Source of the DNA: Eledone cirrhosa
Taxonomy: Eukaryota
Direction of reading: 5' to 3'
Length of the DNA stretch: 64,000 nucleotides
Assembly: GCA_964016885.1 (NCBI GenBank)
Contig: OZ024744.1
Span: 121,024,001-121,088,000, forward strand
In this document: positions 51,801 to 64,000 of the stretch, one piece after another
Layout: the number at the start of each line of letters is the position of its first letter
How positions within the stretch are numbered: the stretch's first letter is position 1
Position numbers and translations under genes: made by a program
The notes under the pieces: model-generated
Database searches by the model: none
Told to the model about the DNA's origin: nothing
What the model saw: only the letters and a program-made list of their open reading frames with translations

Positions 51801-54800
51801 GGTGAGAGGAATAGAGGTAGTGACGGATGTTGTGAAGAGAGATAGTGTGAGATGGTTGGGTCATGTGTTGAGGAAGGATAAAAGTGACTGGGTGAGAGGA
51901 ATAGAGGTAGTGATGGATGTTGCGAAGAGAGATAGTGTGAGATGGTTGGGTCATGTGTTGAGGAAGGATAAAAGTGACTGGGTGAGAGGAATAGAGGTTG
52001 TGATGGATGTTGTGAAGAGAGATAGTGTGAGATGGTTGGGTCATGTGTTGAGGAAGTATGAAAGTGACTGGGTGACAGGAATAGAGGTAGTGATGGATGT
52101 TGTGAAGAGAGATAGTGTGAGATGGTTGGGTCATGTGTTGAGGAAGGATAAAAGTGACTGGGTGAGAGGAATAGAGGTAGTGATGGATGTTGTGAAGAGA
52201 GATAGTGTGAGATGGTTGGGTCATATGTTGAGGAAGGATAAAAGTGACTGGGTGAGAGGAATAGGGGTAGTGACGGATGTTGTGAAGAGAGATAGTGTGA
52301 GATGGTTGGGTCATGTGTTGAGGAAGTATGAAAGTGACTGGGTGAGAGGAATAGAGGTAGTGATAGATGTTGTGAAGAGCGATAGTGTGAGATGGTTGCG
52401 TCATGTGTTGAGGAAGTATGAAAGTGATTGGGTGAGAGGAATAGAGGTAGAGATGGATGTTGTAAAGAGAGATAGTGTGAGAAGGTTGGGTCATGTGTTG
52501 AGGAAGTATGAAAGTGACTGGGTGAGAGGAATAGAGGTAGTGATGGATGTTGTGAAGAGAGATAGTGTGAGATGGTTGGGTCATGTGTTGAGGAGGGATA
52601 AAATTGATTGGGTGAGAGGAATAGAGGTAGTGATGGATGTTGTGAAGAGAGATAGTGTGAGATGGGTGGGTCATGTGTTGAGGAAGGATAAAAGTGACTG
52701 GTTGAGAGGAATAGAGGTAGTGATGGATGTTGTGAAGAGAGATAGTGTGAGATGGTTGGGTCCTGTGTTGGGGAAGGATGAAAGTGACTGGGTGAGAGGA
52801 ATGGAGGTAGTGATAGATGTTGTGAAGAGAGATAGTGTGAGATGGTTGGGTCCTGTGAAGAGAGATAGTGTGAGATGGTTAGCTCATGTGTTGAGGAAGG
52901 ATAAAAGTGACTGGGTGAGAGGAATAGAGGTTGTGATGGATGTTGTGAAGAGAGATAGTGTGAGATGGTTGGGTCATGTGTTGAGGAAGTATGAAAGTGA
53001 CTGGGTGAGAGGAATAGAGGTAGTGATGGATGTTGCGAAGAGAGATAGTGTGAGATGGTTGGGTCATGTGTTGAGGAAGGATAAAAGTGACTGGGTGAGA
53101 GGAATAGAGGTAGTGATGGATGTTGTGAAGAGAGATGGTGTGAGATGGTTAGCTCATGTATTGAGGAAGGATAAAAGTGACTGGGTGAGAGGAATAGAGG
53201 TTGTGATGGATGTTGTGAAGAGAGATAGTGCGAGATGGTTAGGTCATGTGTTGAGGAAGTATGAAAGTGACTGGGTGAGAGGAATAGAGGTAGTGATGGA
53301 TGTTGTCAGGAGAGATAGTGTGAGATGGTTGGGTCATGTGTTGAGGAAGTATGAAAGTGACTAGGTGAGAGGAATAGAGGTAGTGATAGATGTTGTGAAG
53401 AGAGATAGTGTGAGATGGTTGGGTCATGTGTTGAGGAAGTATGAAAGTGACTGGGTGAGAGTAATAGAGGTAGAGATGGATGTTGTGAAGAGAGATAGTG
53501 TTTGATGGTTGGGTCATGTTTTGAGGAAGGATAAAAGTGACTGGGTGAGAGGAATGGAGGTAGTGATGGATGTTGTGAAGAGAGATAGTGTGAGAAGGTT
53601 GGGTCATGTGTTGAGGAAGGATAAAAGTGACTGGGTGAGAGGAATAGAGGTAGTGATGGATGTTGTGAAGAGAGATAGTGTGAGATGGTTGGGTCATGTG
53701 TTGAGGAACGATAAAAGTGACTGGGTGAGAGGAATAGAGGTAGTGACGGATGTTGTGAAGAGAGATAGTGTGAGATGGTTGGGTCATGTGTTGAGGAAGG
53801 ATAAAAGTGAGTCGTCGAGAGGAATAGAGGTAGTGATGGATGTTGTGAAGAGAGATAGTGTGAGATGGTTGGGTCATGTGTTGAGGAAGGATAAAAGTGA
53901 CTGGGTGAGAGGAATAGAGGTAGTGATGGATGTTGCGAAGAGAGATAGTGTGAGATGGTTGGGTCATGTGTTGAGGAAGGATAAAAGTGACTGGGTGAGA
54001 GGAATAGAGGTAGTGATGGATGTTGTGAAGAGAGATAGTGTGAGAAGGTTGGGTCATGTGTTGAGGAAGTATGAAAGTGACTGGGTGAGAGGAATAAAGG
54101 TAGTGATGGATGTTGTGAAGAGAGATAGTGTGAGATGGTTGGGTCATGTGTTGAGGTGGGATAAAATTGATTGGGTGAGAGGAATAGAGGTAGTGATGCA
54201 TGTTGTGAAGAGAGATAGTGTGAGATGGTTGGGTCATGTGTTGAGGAAGGATAAAAGTGACTGGGTGAGATGAATAGAGGTAGTGATGGATGTTGTGAAG
54301 AGAGATAGTGTGAGATGGTTGGGTCATGTGTTGAGGAAGGATAAAAGTGACTGGGTGAGAGGAATAGATGTAGTGATGGATGTTGTGAAGAGAGATATGT
54401 GAGATGGTTGGGTCATGTGTTGAGGAAGGATAAAAGTGACTGGGTGAGAGGAATAGAGGTAGTGACGGACGTTGTGAAGAGAGATAGTGTGAGATGGTTG
54501 GGTCATGTGTTGAGGAAGGATAAAAGTGACTCGGTGAGAGGAATAGAGGTAGTGATAGATGTTGTGAAGAGAGATAATGTGAGATGGTTGGGTCATGTGT
54601 TGAGGATGGATAAAAGTGACTGGGTGAGAGGAATAGAGGTAGTGATGGATGTTATGAAGAGAGATAATGTGAGATGGTTGGGTCATGTGTTGAGGAAGGA
54701 TAAAAGTGACTGGGTGAGAGGAATAGAGGTAGTGATGGATGTTGTGAAGAGAGATAGTGTGAGATGGTTAGCTCATGTGTTGAGGAAGGATAAAAGTGAC

Positions 54801-57800
54801 TGGGTGAGAGGAATAGAGGTTGTGATGGATGTTGTGAAGAGAGATAGTGTGAGATGGTTGGGTCATGTGTTGAGGAAGTATGAAAGTGACTGGGTGACAG
54901 GAATAGAGGTAGTGATGGATGTTGTGAAGAGAGATAGTGTGAGATGGTTGGGTCATATGTTGAGGAAGGATAAAAGTGACTGGGTGATAGGAATAGAGGT
55001 AGTGATGGATGTTGTGAAGAGAGATAGTGTGAGATGGTTGGGTCATGTGTTGAGGAAGGATAAAAGTGACTGGGTGAGAGGAATAGAGGTAGTGATGGAT
55101 GTTGTGAAGAGAGATAGTGTGAGATGGTTAGCTCATGTGTTGAGGAAGGATAAAAGTGACTGGGTGAGAGGAATAGAGGTTGTGATGGATGTTGTGAAGA
55201 GAGATAGTGTGAGATGGTTGGGTCATGTGTTGAGGAAGTATGAAAGTGACTGGGTGAGAGGAATAGAGGTAGTGATGGATGTTGCGAAGAGAGATAGTGT
55301 GAGATGGTTGGGTCATGTGTTGAGGAAGGATAAAAGTGACTGGGTGAGAGGAATAGAGGTTGTGATGGATGTTGTGAAGAGAGATAGTGTGAGATGGTTG
55401 GTTCATGTGTTGAGGAAGGATAAAAGTGACTGGGTGAGAGGAATAGAGGTAGTGATGGATGTTGTGAAGAGAGATAGTGTGAGATGGTTGGGTCATGTGT
55501 TGAGGAAGGATAAAAGTGAGTCGTCGAGAGGAATAGAGGTAGTGATGGATGTTGTGAAGAGAGATAGTTTGAGATGGTTGGGTCATGTGTTGAGGAAGGA
55601 TAAAAGTGACTGGGTGAGAGGAATAGAGGTAGTGATGGATGTTGTGAAGAGAGATAGTGTGAGATGGTTGGGTCATGTGTTGAGGAAGGATAAAAGTGAC
55701 TGGGTGAGAGGAATAGAGGTAGTGATGGATGTTGTGAAGAGAGATAGTGTGAGATGGTTGGGTCATGTGTTGAGGAAGGATAAAAGTGAGTCGTCGAGAG
55801 GAATAGAGGTAGTGATGGATGTTGTGAAGAGAGATAGTGTGAGATGGTTGGGTCATGTGTTGAGGAAGGATAAAAGTGACTGGGTGAGAGGAATAGAGGT
55901 AGTGATGGATGTTGCGAAGAGAGATAGTGTGAGAGGGTTGGGTCAAGTGTTGAGGAAGGATAAAAGTGACTGGGTGAGAGGAATAGATGTAGTGATGGAT
56001 GTTGCGAAGAGAGATAGTGTGAGATGGTTGGGTCATGTGTTGAGGAAGGATAAAAGTGACTGGGTGAGAGGAATAGAGGTAGTGATGGATGTTGTGAAGA
56101 GAGATAGTGTGAGATGGTTAGCTCATGTGTTGAGGAAGGATAAAAGTGACTGGGTGAGAGGAATAGAGGTTGTGATGGATGTTGTGAAGAGAGATAGTGT
56201 GAGATGGTTGGGTCATGTGTTGAGGAAGTATGAAAGTGACTGGGTGAGAGGAATAGAGGTAGTGATGGATGTTGTGAAGAGAGATAGTGTGAGATGGTTG
56301 GGTCATATGTTGAGGAAGGATAAAAGTGACTGGGTGAGAGGAATAGGGGTAGTGATGGATGTTGTGAAGAGAGATAGTGTGAGATGGTTGGGTCATGTGT
56401 TGAGGAAGTATGAAAGTGACTGGGTGAGAGGAATAGAGGTAGAGATGGATGTTGTGAAGAGAGATAGTGTGAGAAGGTTGGGTCATGTGTTGAGGAAGTA
56501 TGAAAGTGACTGGGTGAGAGGAATAAAGGTAGTGATGGATGTTGTGAAGAGAGATAGTGTGAGATGGTTGGGTCATGTGTTGAGGAGGGATAAAATTAAT
56601 TGGGTGAGAGGAATAGAGGTAGTGATGGATGTTGTGAAGAGAGATAGTGTGAGATGGTTGGGTCATGTGTTGAGGAAGGATAAAAGTGACTGGGTGAGAT
56701 GAATAGAGGTAGTGATGGATGTTGTGAAGAGAGATAGTGTGAGATGGTTGGGTCATGTGTTGAGGAAGGATAAATTGACTGGGTGAGAGGAATAGAGGTA
56801 GTGATGGATGTTGTGAAGAGAGATATGTGAGATGGTTGGGTCATGTGTTGAGGAAGGATAAAAGTGACTGGGTGAGAGGAATAGAGGTAGTGACGGATGT
56901 TGTGAAGAGAGATAGTGTGAGATGGTTGGGTCATGTGTTGAGGAAGGATAAAAGTGACTCGGTGAGAGGAATAGAGGTAGTGATAGATGTTGTGAAGAGA
57001 GATAGTGTGAGATGGTTGGGTCGTGTGTTGAGGAAGGATAAAAGTGACTGGGTGAGAGGAATAGAGGTAGTGATGGATGTTGTAAAGAGAGATAGTGTGA
57101 GATGGTTGGGTCACGTGTTGAGGAAGGATAAAAGTGACTGGGTGAGAGGAATAGAAGTAGTGATGGATGTTGTGAAGAGAGATAGTGTGAGATGGTTAGC
57201 TCATGTGTTGAGGAAGGATAAAAGTGACTGGGTGAGAGGAATAGAGGTTGTGATGGATGTTGTGAAGAGAGATAGTGTGAGATGGTTGGGTCATGTGTTG
57301 AGGAAGTATGAAAGTGACTGGGTGAGAGGAATAGAGGTAGTGATGGATGTTGTGAAGAGAGATAGTGTGAGATGGTTGGGTCATATGTTGAGGAAGGATA
57401 AAAGTGACTGGGTGAGAGGAATAGGTGTAGTGATGGATGTTGTGAGGAGAGATAGTGTGAGATGGTTGGGTCATGTGTTGAGGAAGTATGAAAGTGACTG
57501 GGTGAGAGGAATAGAGGTAGTGATAGATGTTGTGAAGGGAGATAGTGTGAGATGGTTGGGTCATGTGTTGAGGAAGTATGAAAGTGATTGGGTGAGAGGA
57601 ATAGAGGTAGAGATGGATGTTGTGAAGAGAGATAGTGTGAGAAGGTTGGGTCATGTGTTGAGGAAGTATGAAAGTGACTGGGTGAGAGGAATAGAGGTAG
57701 TGACTGGGTGAGAGGAATAGATAGTGTGAGATGGTTGGTTCATGTGTTGAGGAAGTATGAAAGTGACTGGGTGAGAGGAATAGAGGTAGAGATGGATGTT

Positions 57801-60800
57801 GTGAAGAGAGATAGTGTGAGAAGGTTGGGTCATGTGTTGAGGAAGTATGAAAGTGACTGGGTGAGAGGAATAGAGGTAGTGATAGATGTTGTGAAGAGAG
57901 ATAGTGTGAGATGGTTGGGTCATGTGTTGAGGAAGGATAAAAGTTACTGGGTGAGAGGAACAGAGGTAGTGATGGATGTTGTGAAGAGAGATAGTGTGAG
58001 ATGGTTGGGTCATGTGTTGAGGAGGGATAAAATTGATTGGGTGAGAGGAATAGAGGTAGTGATGGATTTTGCGAAGAGAGATAGTGTGAGATGGTTGGGT
58101 CATGTGTTGAGGAAGGATAAAAGTGACTGGGTGAGAGGAATAGAGGTAGTGACGGATGTTGTGAAGAGAGATAGTGTGAGATGGTTGGGTCATGTGTTGA
58201 GGAAGGATGAAAGTGACTGGGTGAGAGTAACAGAGGTAGTGATGGATGTTGTGAAGAGAGATAGTGTGAGATGGTTGGGTCATGTGTTGAGGAAGGATAA
58301 AAGTGACTGGGTGAGATGAATAGAGGTAGTGATGGATGTTGTGAAGAGAGATAGTGTGAGATGGTTGGGTCATGTGTTGAGGAAGGATAAAAGTGACTGG
58401 GTGAGAGGAATAGAGGTAGTGATGGATGTTGTAAAGAGAGATAGTGTGAGATGGTTGGGTCACGTGTTGAGGAAGGATAAAAGTGACTGGGTGAGAGGAA
58501 TAGAGGTAGTGATGGATGTTGTGAAGAGAGATAGTGTGAGATGGTTAGCTCATGTGTTGAGGAAGGATAAAAGTGACTGGGTGAGAGGAATAGAGGTTGT
58601 GATGGATGTGGTGAAGAGAGATAGTGTGAGATGGTTGGGTCATGTGTTGAGGAAGTATGAAAGTGACTGGGTGAGAGGAATAGAGGTAGTGATGGATGTT
58701 GTGAAGAGAGATAGTGTGAGATGGTTGGGTCATATGTTGAGGAAGGATAAAAGTGACTGGGTGAGAGGAATAGGTGTAGTGATGGATGTTGTGAGGAGAG
58801 ATAGTGTGAGATGGTTGGGTCATGTGTTGAGGAAGTATGAAAGTGACTGGGTGAGAGGAATAGAGGTAGTGATAGATGTTGTGAAGGGAGATAGTGTGAG
58901 ATGTTTGGGTCATGTGTTGAGGAAGTATGAAAGTGATTGGGTGAGAGGAATAGAGGTAGAGATGGATGTTGTGAAGAGAGATAGTGTGAGAAGGTTGGGT
59001 CATGTGTTGAGGAAGTATGAAAGTGACTGGGTGAGAGGAATAGAGGTAGTGACTGGGTGAGAGGAATAGATAGTGTGAGATGGTTGGTTCATGTGTTGAG
59101 GAAGTATGAAAGTGACTGGGTGAGAGGAATAGAGGTAGAGATGGATGTTGTGAAGAGAGATAGTGTGAGAAGGTTGGGTCATGTGTTGAGGAAGTATGAA
59201 AGTGACTGGGTGAGAGGAATAGAGGTAGTGATAGATGTTGTGAAGAGAGATAGTGTGAGATGATTGGGTCATGTGTTGAGGAAGGATAAAAGTTACTGGG
59301 TGAGAGGAACAGAGGTAGTGATGGATGTTGTGAAGAGAGATAGTGTGAGATGGTTGGATCATGGGTTGAGGAGGGATAAAATTGATTGGGTGAGAGGAAT
59401 AGAGGTAGTGATGGATTTTGCGAAGAGAGATAGTGTGAGATGGTTGGGTCATGTGTTGAGGAAGGATAAAAGTGACTGGGTGAGAGGAATAGAGGTAGTG
59501 ACGGATGTTGTGAAGTGAGATAGTGTGAGATGGTTGGGTCATGTGTTGAGGAAGGATGAAAGTGACTGGGTGAGAGTAACAGAGGTAGTGATGGATGTTG
59601 TGAAGAGAGATAGTGTGAGATGGTTGGGTCATGTGTTGAGGAAGGATAAAAGTGACTGGGTGAGAGGAATAGAGGTAGTGATGGATGTTGCGAAGAGAGA
59701 TAGTGTGAGATGGTTGGGTCATGTGTTGAGGAAGGATAAAAGTGACTGGGTGAGAGGAATAGAGGTAGTGATGGATGTTGTGAAGAGAGATAGTGTGAGA
59801 TGGTTAGCTCATGTGTTGAGGAAGGATAAAAGTGACTGGGTGAGAGGAATAGAGGTTGTGATGGTTGTTGTGAAGAGAGATAGGGTGAGATGGTTGGGTC
59901 ATGTGTTGAGGAAGTATGAAAGTGACTGGGTGAGAGGAATGGAGGTAGTGATGGATGTTGTAAGGAGAGATAGTGTGAGATGGTTGGGTCATGTGTTGAG
60001 GAAGTACGAAAGTGACTGGGTGAGAGGAATAGAGGTAGTGATAGATATTGTGAAGAGAGATAGTGTGAGATGGTTGGGTCATGTGTTGAGGAAGTATGAA
60101 AGTGACTGGGTGAGAGGAATAGAGGTAGAGATGGATGTTGTGAAGAGAGATAGTGTGAGATGGTTGGGTCATGTGTTGAGGAAGGATAAAAGTGACTGGG
60201 TAAGAGGAATAGATGTAGTGATGGATGTTGTGAGGAGAGATAGTGTGAGATGGTTGGGTCATGTTTTGAGGAAGTATGAAAGTGACTGTGTGAGAGGAAT
60301 AGAGGTAGTGATAGATGTTGTGAAGAGAGATAGTGTGAGATGGTTGGGTCATGTGTTGAGGAAGTATGAAAGTGACTGGGTGAGAGGAATAGAGGTAGAG
60401 ATGGATGTTGTGAAGAGAGATAGTGTTTGATGGTTGGGTCATGTGTTGAGGAAGGATAAAAGTGACTGGGTGAGAGGAATAGAGGTAGTGATGGATGTTG
60501 TGAAGAGAGATAGTGTGAGATGGTTGGGTCATGTGTTGAGGAAGGATAAAAGTGACTGGGTGAGAGGAATAGAGGTAGTGATGGATGTTGTGAAGAGAGA
60601 TAGTGTGAGATGGTTGGGTCATGTGTTGAGGAAGGATAAAAGTGACTGGGTGAGAGGAATAGAGGTAGTGATGGATGTTGTGAAGAGAGATAGTGTGAGA
60701 TGGTTGGGTCATGTGTTGAGGAAGGATAAAAGTGAGTCGTCGAGAGGAATAGAGGTAGTGATGGATGTTGTGAAGAGAGATAGTGTGAGATGGTTAGCTC

Positions 60801-63800
60801 ATGTGTTGAGGAAGGATAAAAGTGACTGGGTGAGAGGAATAGAGGTTGTGATGTATGTTGTGAAGAGAGATAGTGTGAGATGGTTGGGTCATGTGTTGAG
60901 GAAGTATGAAAGTGACTGGGTGAGAGGAATAGAGGTAGTGATGGATGTTGTGAAGAGAGACAGTGTGAGATGGTTGGGTCATATGTTGAGGAAGGATAAA
61001 AGTGACTGGGTCAGAGGAATAGGGGTAGTGATGGATGTTGTGAGGAGAGATAGTGTGAGATGGTTGGGTCATGTGTTGAGGTAGTATGAAAGTGACTGGG
61101 TTAGAGGAATAGAGGTAGTGATAGATGTTGTGAAGAGAGATAGTGTGAGATGGTTGGGTCATGTGTTGAGGAAGTATGAAAGTGACTGGGTGAGAGGAAT
61201 AGAGGTAGAGATGGATGTTGTGAAGAGAGATAGTGTGAGAAGGTTGGGTCATGTGTTGAGGAAGTATGAAAGTGACTGGGTGAGAGGAATAAAGGTAGTG
61301 ATGGATGTTGTGAAGAGAGATAGTGTGAGATGGTTGTCATGTGTTGAGGAGGGATAAAATTGATTGGGTGAGAGGAATAGAGGTAGTGATGGATGTTGTG
61401 AAGAGAGATAGTGTGAGATGGTTGGGTCATGTGTTGAGGAAGGATAAAAGTGACTGGGTGAGATGAATAGAGGTAGTGATGGATGTTGTGAAGAGAGATA
61501 GTGTGAGATGGTTGGGTCACGTGTTGAGGAAGGATAAATGTGACTGGGTGAGAGGAATAGAGGTAGTGATGGATGTTGTGAAGAGAGATATGTGAGATGG
61601 TTGGGTCATGTGTTGAGGAAGGATAAAAGTGACTGGGTGAGAGGAATAGAGGTAGTGACGGATGTTGTGTAGAGAGATAGTGTGAGATGGTTGGGTCATG
61701 TGTTGAGGAAGGATAAAAGTGACTCGGTGAGAGGAATAGAGGTAGTGATAGATGTTGTGAAGAGAGATAGTGTGAGATGGTTGGGTCATGTGTTGAGGAA
61801 GTATGAAAGTGACTGGGTGAGAGGAATAGAGGTAGTGATGGATGTTGTGAAGAGAGATAGTGTGAGATGGTTGGGTCATATGTTGAGGAAGGATAAAAGT
61901 GACTGGGTGAGAGGAATAGAGGTAGTGATGGATGTTGCGAAGAGAGATAGTGTGAGATGGTTGGGTCATGTGTTGAGGAAGGATAAAATTGACTGGGTGA
62001 GAGGAATAGAGGTAGTGATGGATGTTGTGAAGAGAGATAGTGTGAGATGGTTAGCTCATGTGTTGAGGAAGGATAAAAGTGACTGGGTGAGAGGAATAGA
62101 GGTTGTGATGGATGTTGTGAAGAGAGAAAGTGTGAGATGGTTGGGTCATGTGTTGAGGAAGTATGAAAGTGACTGGGTGAGAGGAATAGAGGTAGTGATG
62201 GATGTTGTGAAGAGAGATAGTGTGAGATGGTTGCGTCATGTGTTGAGGAAGTATGAAAGTGACTGGGTGAGAGGAATAGAGGTAGTGATGGATGTTGTGA
62301 AGAGAGATAGTGTGAGATGGTTGGGTCATATGTTGAGGAAGGATAAAAGTGACTGGGTGAGAGGAATAGTGGTAGTGATGGATGTTGCGAAGAGAGATAG
62401 TGTGAGATGGTTGGGTCATGTGTTGAGGAAGTATGAAAGTGACTGGGTGAGAGGAATAGAGGTAGAGATGGATGTTGTGAAGAGAGATAGTGTTTGATGG
62501 TTGGGTCATGTGTTGAGGAGGGATAAAATTGACTGGGTGAGAGGAATAGAGGTAGTGAGGATGTTGTGAAGAGAGATAGTGTTTGATGGTTGGGTCATGT
62601 GTTGAGGAAGGATAAAAGTGACTGGGTGAGAGGAATAGAGGTAGAGATGGATGTTGTGAAGAGAGATAGTGTGAGATGGTTGGGTCATGTGTTGAGGAAG
62701 GATAAAAGTGACTGGGTAAGAGGAATAGATGTAGTGATGGATGTTGTGAGGAGAGATAGTGTGAGATGGTTGGGTCATGTTTTGAGGAAGTATGAAAGTG
62801 ACTGTGTGAGAGGAATAGAGGTAGTGATAGATGTTGTGAAGAGAGATAGTGTGAGATGGTTGGGTCATGTGTTGAGGAAGTATGAAAGTGACTGGGTGAG
62901 AGGAATAGAGGTAGAGATGGATGTTGTGAAGAGAGATAGTGTGAGAAGGTTGGGTCATGTGTTGAGGAAGTATGAAAGTGACTGGGTGAGAGGAATAAAG
63001 GTAGTGATGGATGTTGTGAAGAGATATAGTGTAAGATGGTTGGGTCATGTGTTGAGGAGGGATAAAATTGATTGGGTGAGAGGAATAGAGGTAGTGATGG
63101 ATGTTGTGAAGAGAGATAGAGTGAGATGGTTGGGTCATGTGTTGAGGAAGGATAAAAGTGACTGGGTGAGATGAATAGAGGTAGTGATGGATGTTGTGAA
63201 GAGAGATAGTGTGAGATGGTTGGGTCATGTGTTGAGGAAGGATAAAAGTGACTCGGTGAGAGGAATAGAGGTAGTGATAGATGTTGTGAAGAGAGATAGT
63301 GTGAGATGGTTGGGTCATGTGTTGAGGAAGGATAAAAGTGACTGGTTGAGAGGAATAGAGGTAGTGATGGATGTTGTGAAGAGAGATAGTGTGAGATGGT
63401 TGGGTCATGTGTTGAGGAAGGATAAAAGTGACTGGGTGAGAGGAATAGAGGTAGTGATGGATGTTGTGGAGAGAGATAGTGTGAGACGGTTAGCTCATGT
63501 GTTGAGGAAGGATAAAAGAGACTGGGTGAGAGGAATAGAGGTTGTGATGGATGTTGTGAAGAGAGATAGTGTGAGATGGTTGGGTCATGTGTTGAGGAAG
63601 TATGAAAGTGACTGGGTGAGAGGAATAGAGGTAGTGATGGATGTTGTGAAGAGAGAAAGTGTGAGATGGTTGGGTCATGTGTTGAGGAAGTATGAAAGTG
63701 ACTGGGTGAGAGGAATAGAGGTAGAGATGGATGTTGTGAAGAGAGATAGTGTTTGATGGTTGGGTCATGTGTTGAGGAAGGATAAAAGTGACTGGGTGAG

Positions 63801-64000
63801 AGGAATAGAGGTAGTGATGGATGTTGTGAAGAGAGATAGTGTGAGATGGTTGGGTCATGTGTTGAGGAAGGATAAAAGTGACTGGGTGAGAGGAATAGAG
63901 GTAGTGATGGATGTTGTGAAGAGAGATAGTGTGAGATGGTTGGGTCTTGTGTTGAGGAAGGATAAAAGTGAATGGGTGAGAGGAATAGAGGTAGTGATGG
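24803..64000. repeat. 90-bp satellite array, ~435 units, continuing past the window end
   Basis: Consensus GAGATAGTGTGAGATGGTTGGGTCATGTGTTGAGGAAGGATAAAAGTGACTGGGTGAGAGGAATAGAGGTAGTGATGGATGTTGTGAAGA; no foreign insertion seen. Confidence 0.99.

Noticed and set aside
24819-63858. Long repetitive ORFs on both strands as real genes (including His-rich MTQPSHTISLHNIHH...)
   Set aside because: They are a by-product of a 90-bp stop-free unit; stops and frameshifts are freely propagated and there is no unique N- or C-terminus.
24803-64000. CRISPR-like array
   Set aside because: No unique spacers, no cas genes, eukaryotic context.

Overview
Eukaryotic, repeat-dominated animal DNA. The SINE and RTE-tail sequences suggest a cephalopod such as octopus; this is inferred from recalled repeat motifs, not from a search. 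Positions 1-24.8 kb are a nest of decayed mobile elements: several Penelope-like retroelements (PLEs; RT and GIY-YIG remnants, inverted pseudo-LTRs, hammerhead-ribozyme motifs), mostly bordered by (TA)n tracts; an RTE/RTEX-type LINE that keeps its 5' end but is cut at the 3' end; tRNA-derived SINEs; a probable solo LTR; a Merlin-type DNA transposon derivative; foldback/TIR elements; and 48-bp and 72-bp minisatellites. One 200-bp candidate host exon with canonical splice sites lies on the minus strand at 24545-24744. From ~24.8 kb to the window end is a single 90-bp satellite (~435 units) with higher-order structure. Its unit translates to a peptide resembling the C-terminal 'RWxGHVxR' motif of RTE-clade LINE ORF2, so it appears to be built from retrotransposon coding sequence and may sit inside an intron. 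No intact protein-coding gene, rRNA, tRNA or CRISPR array is supported.
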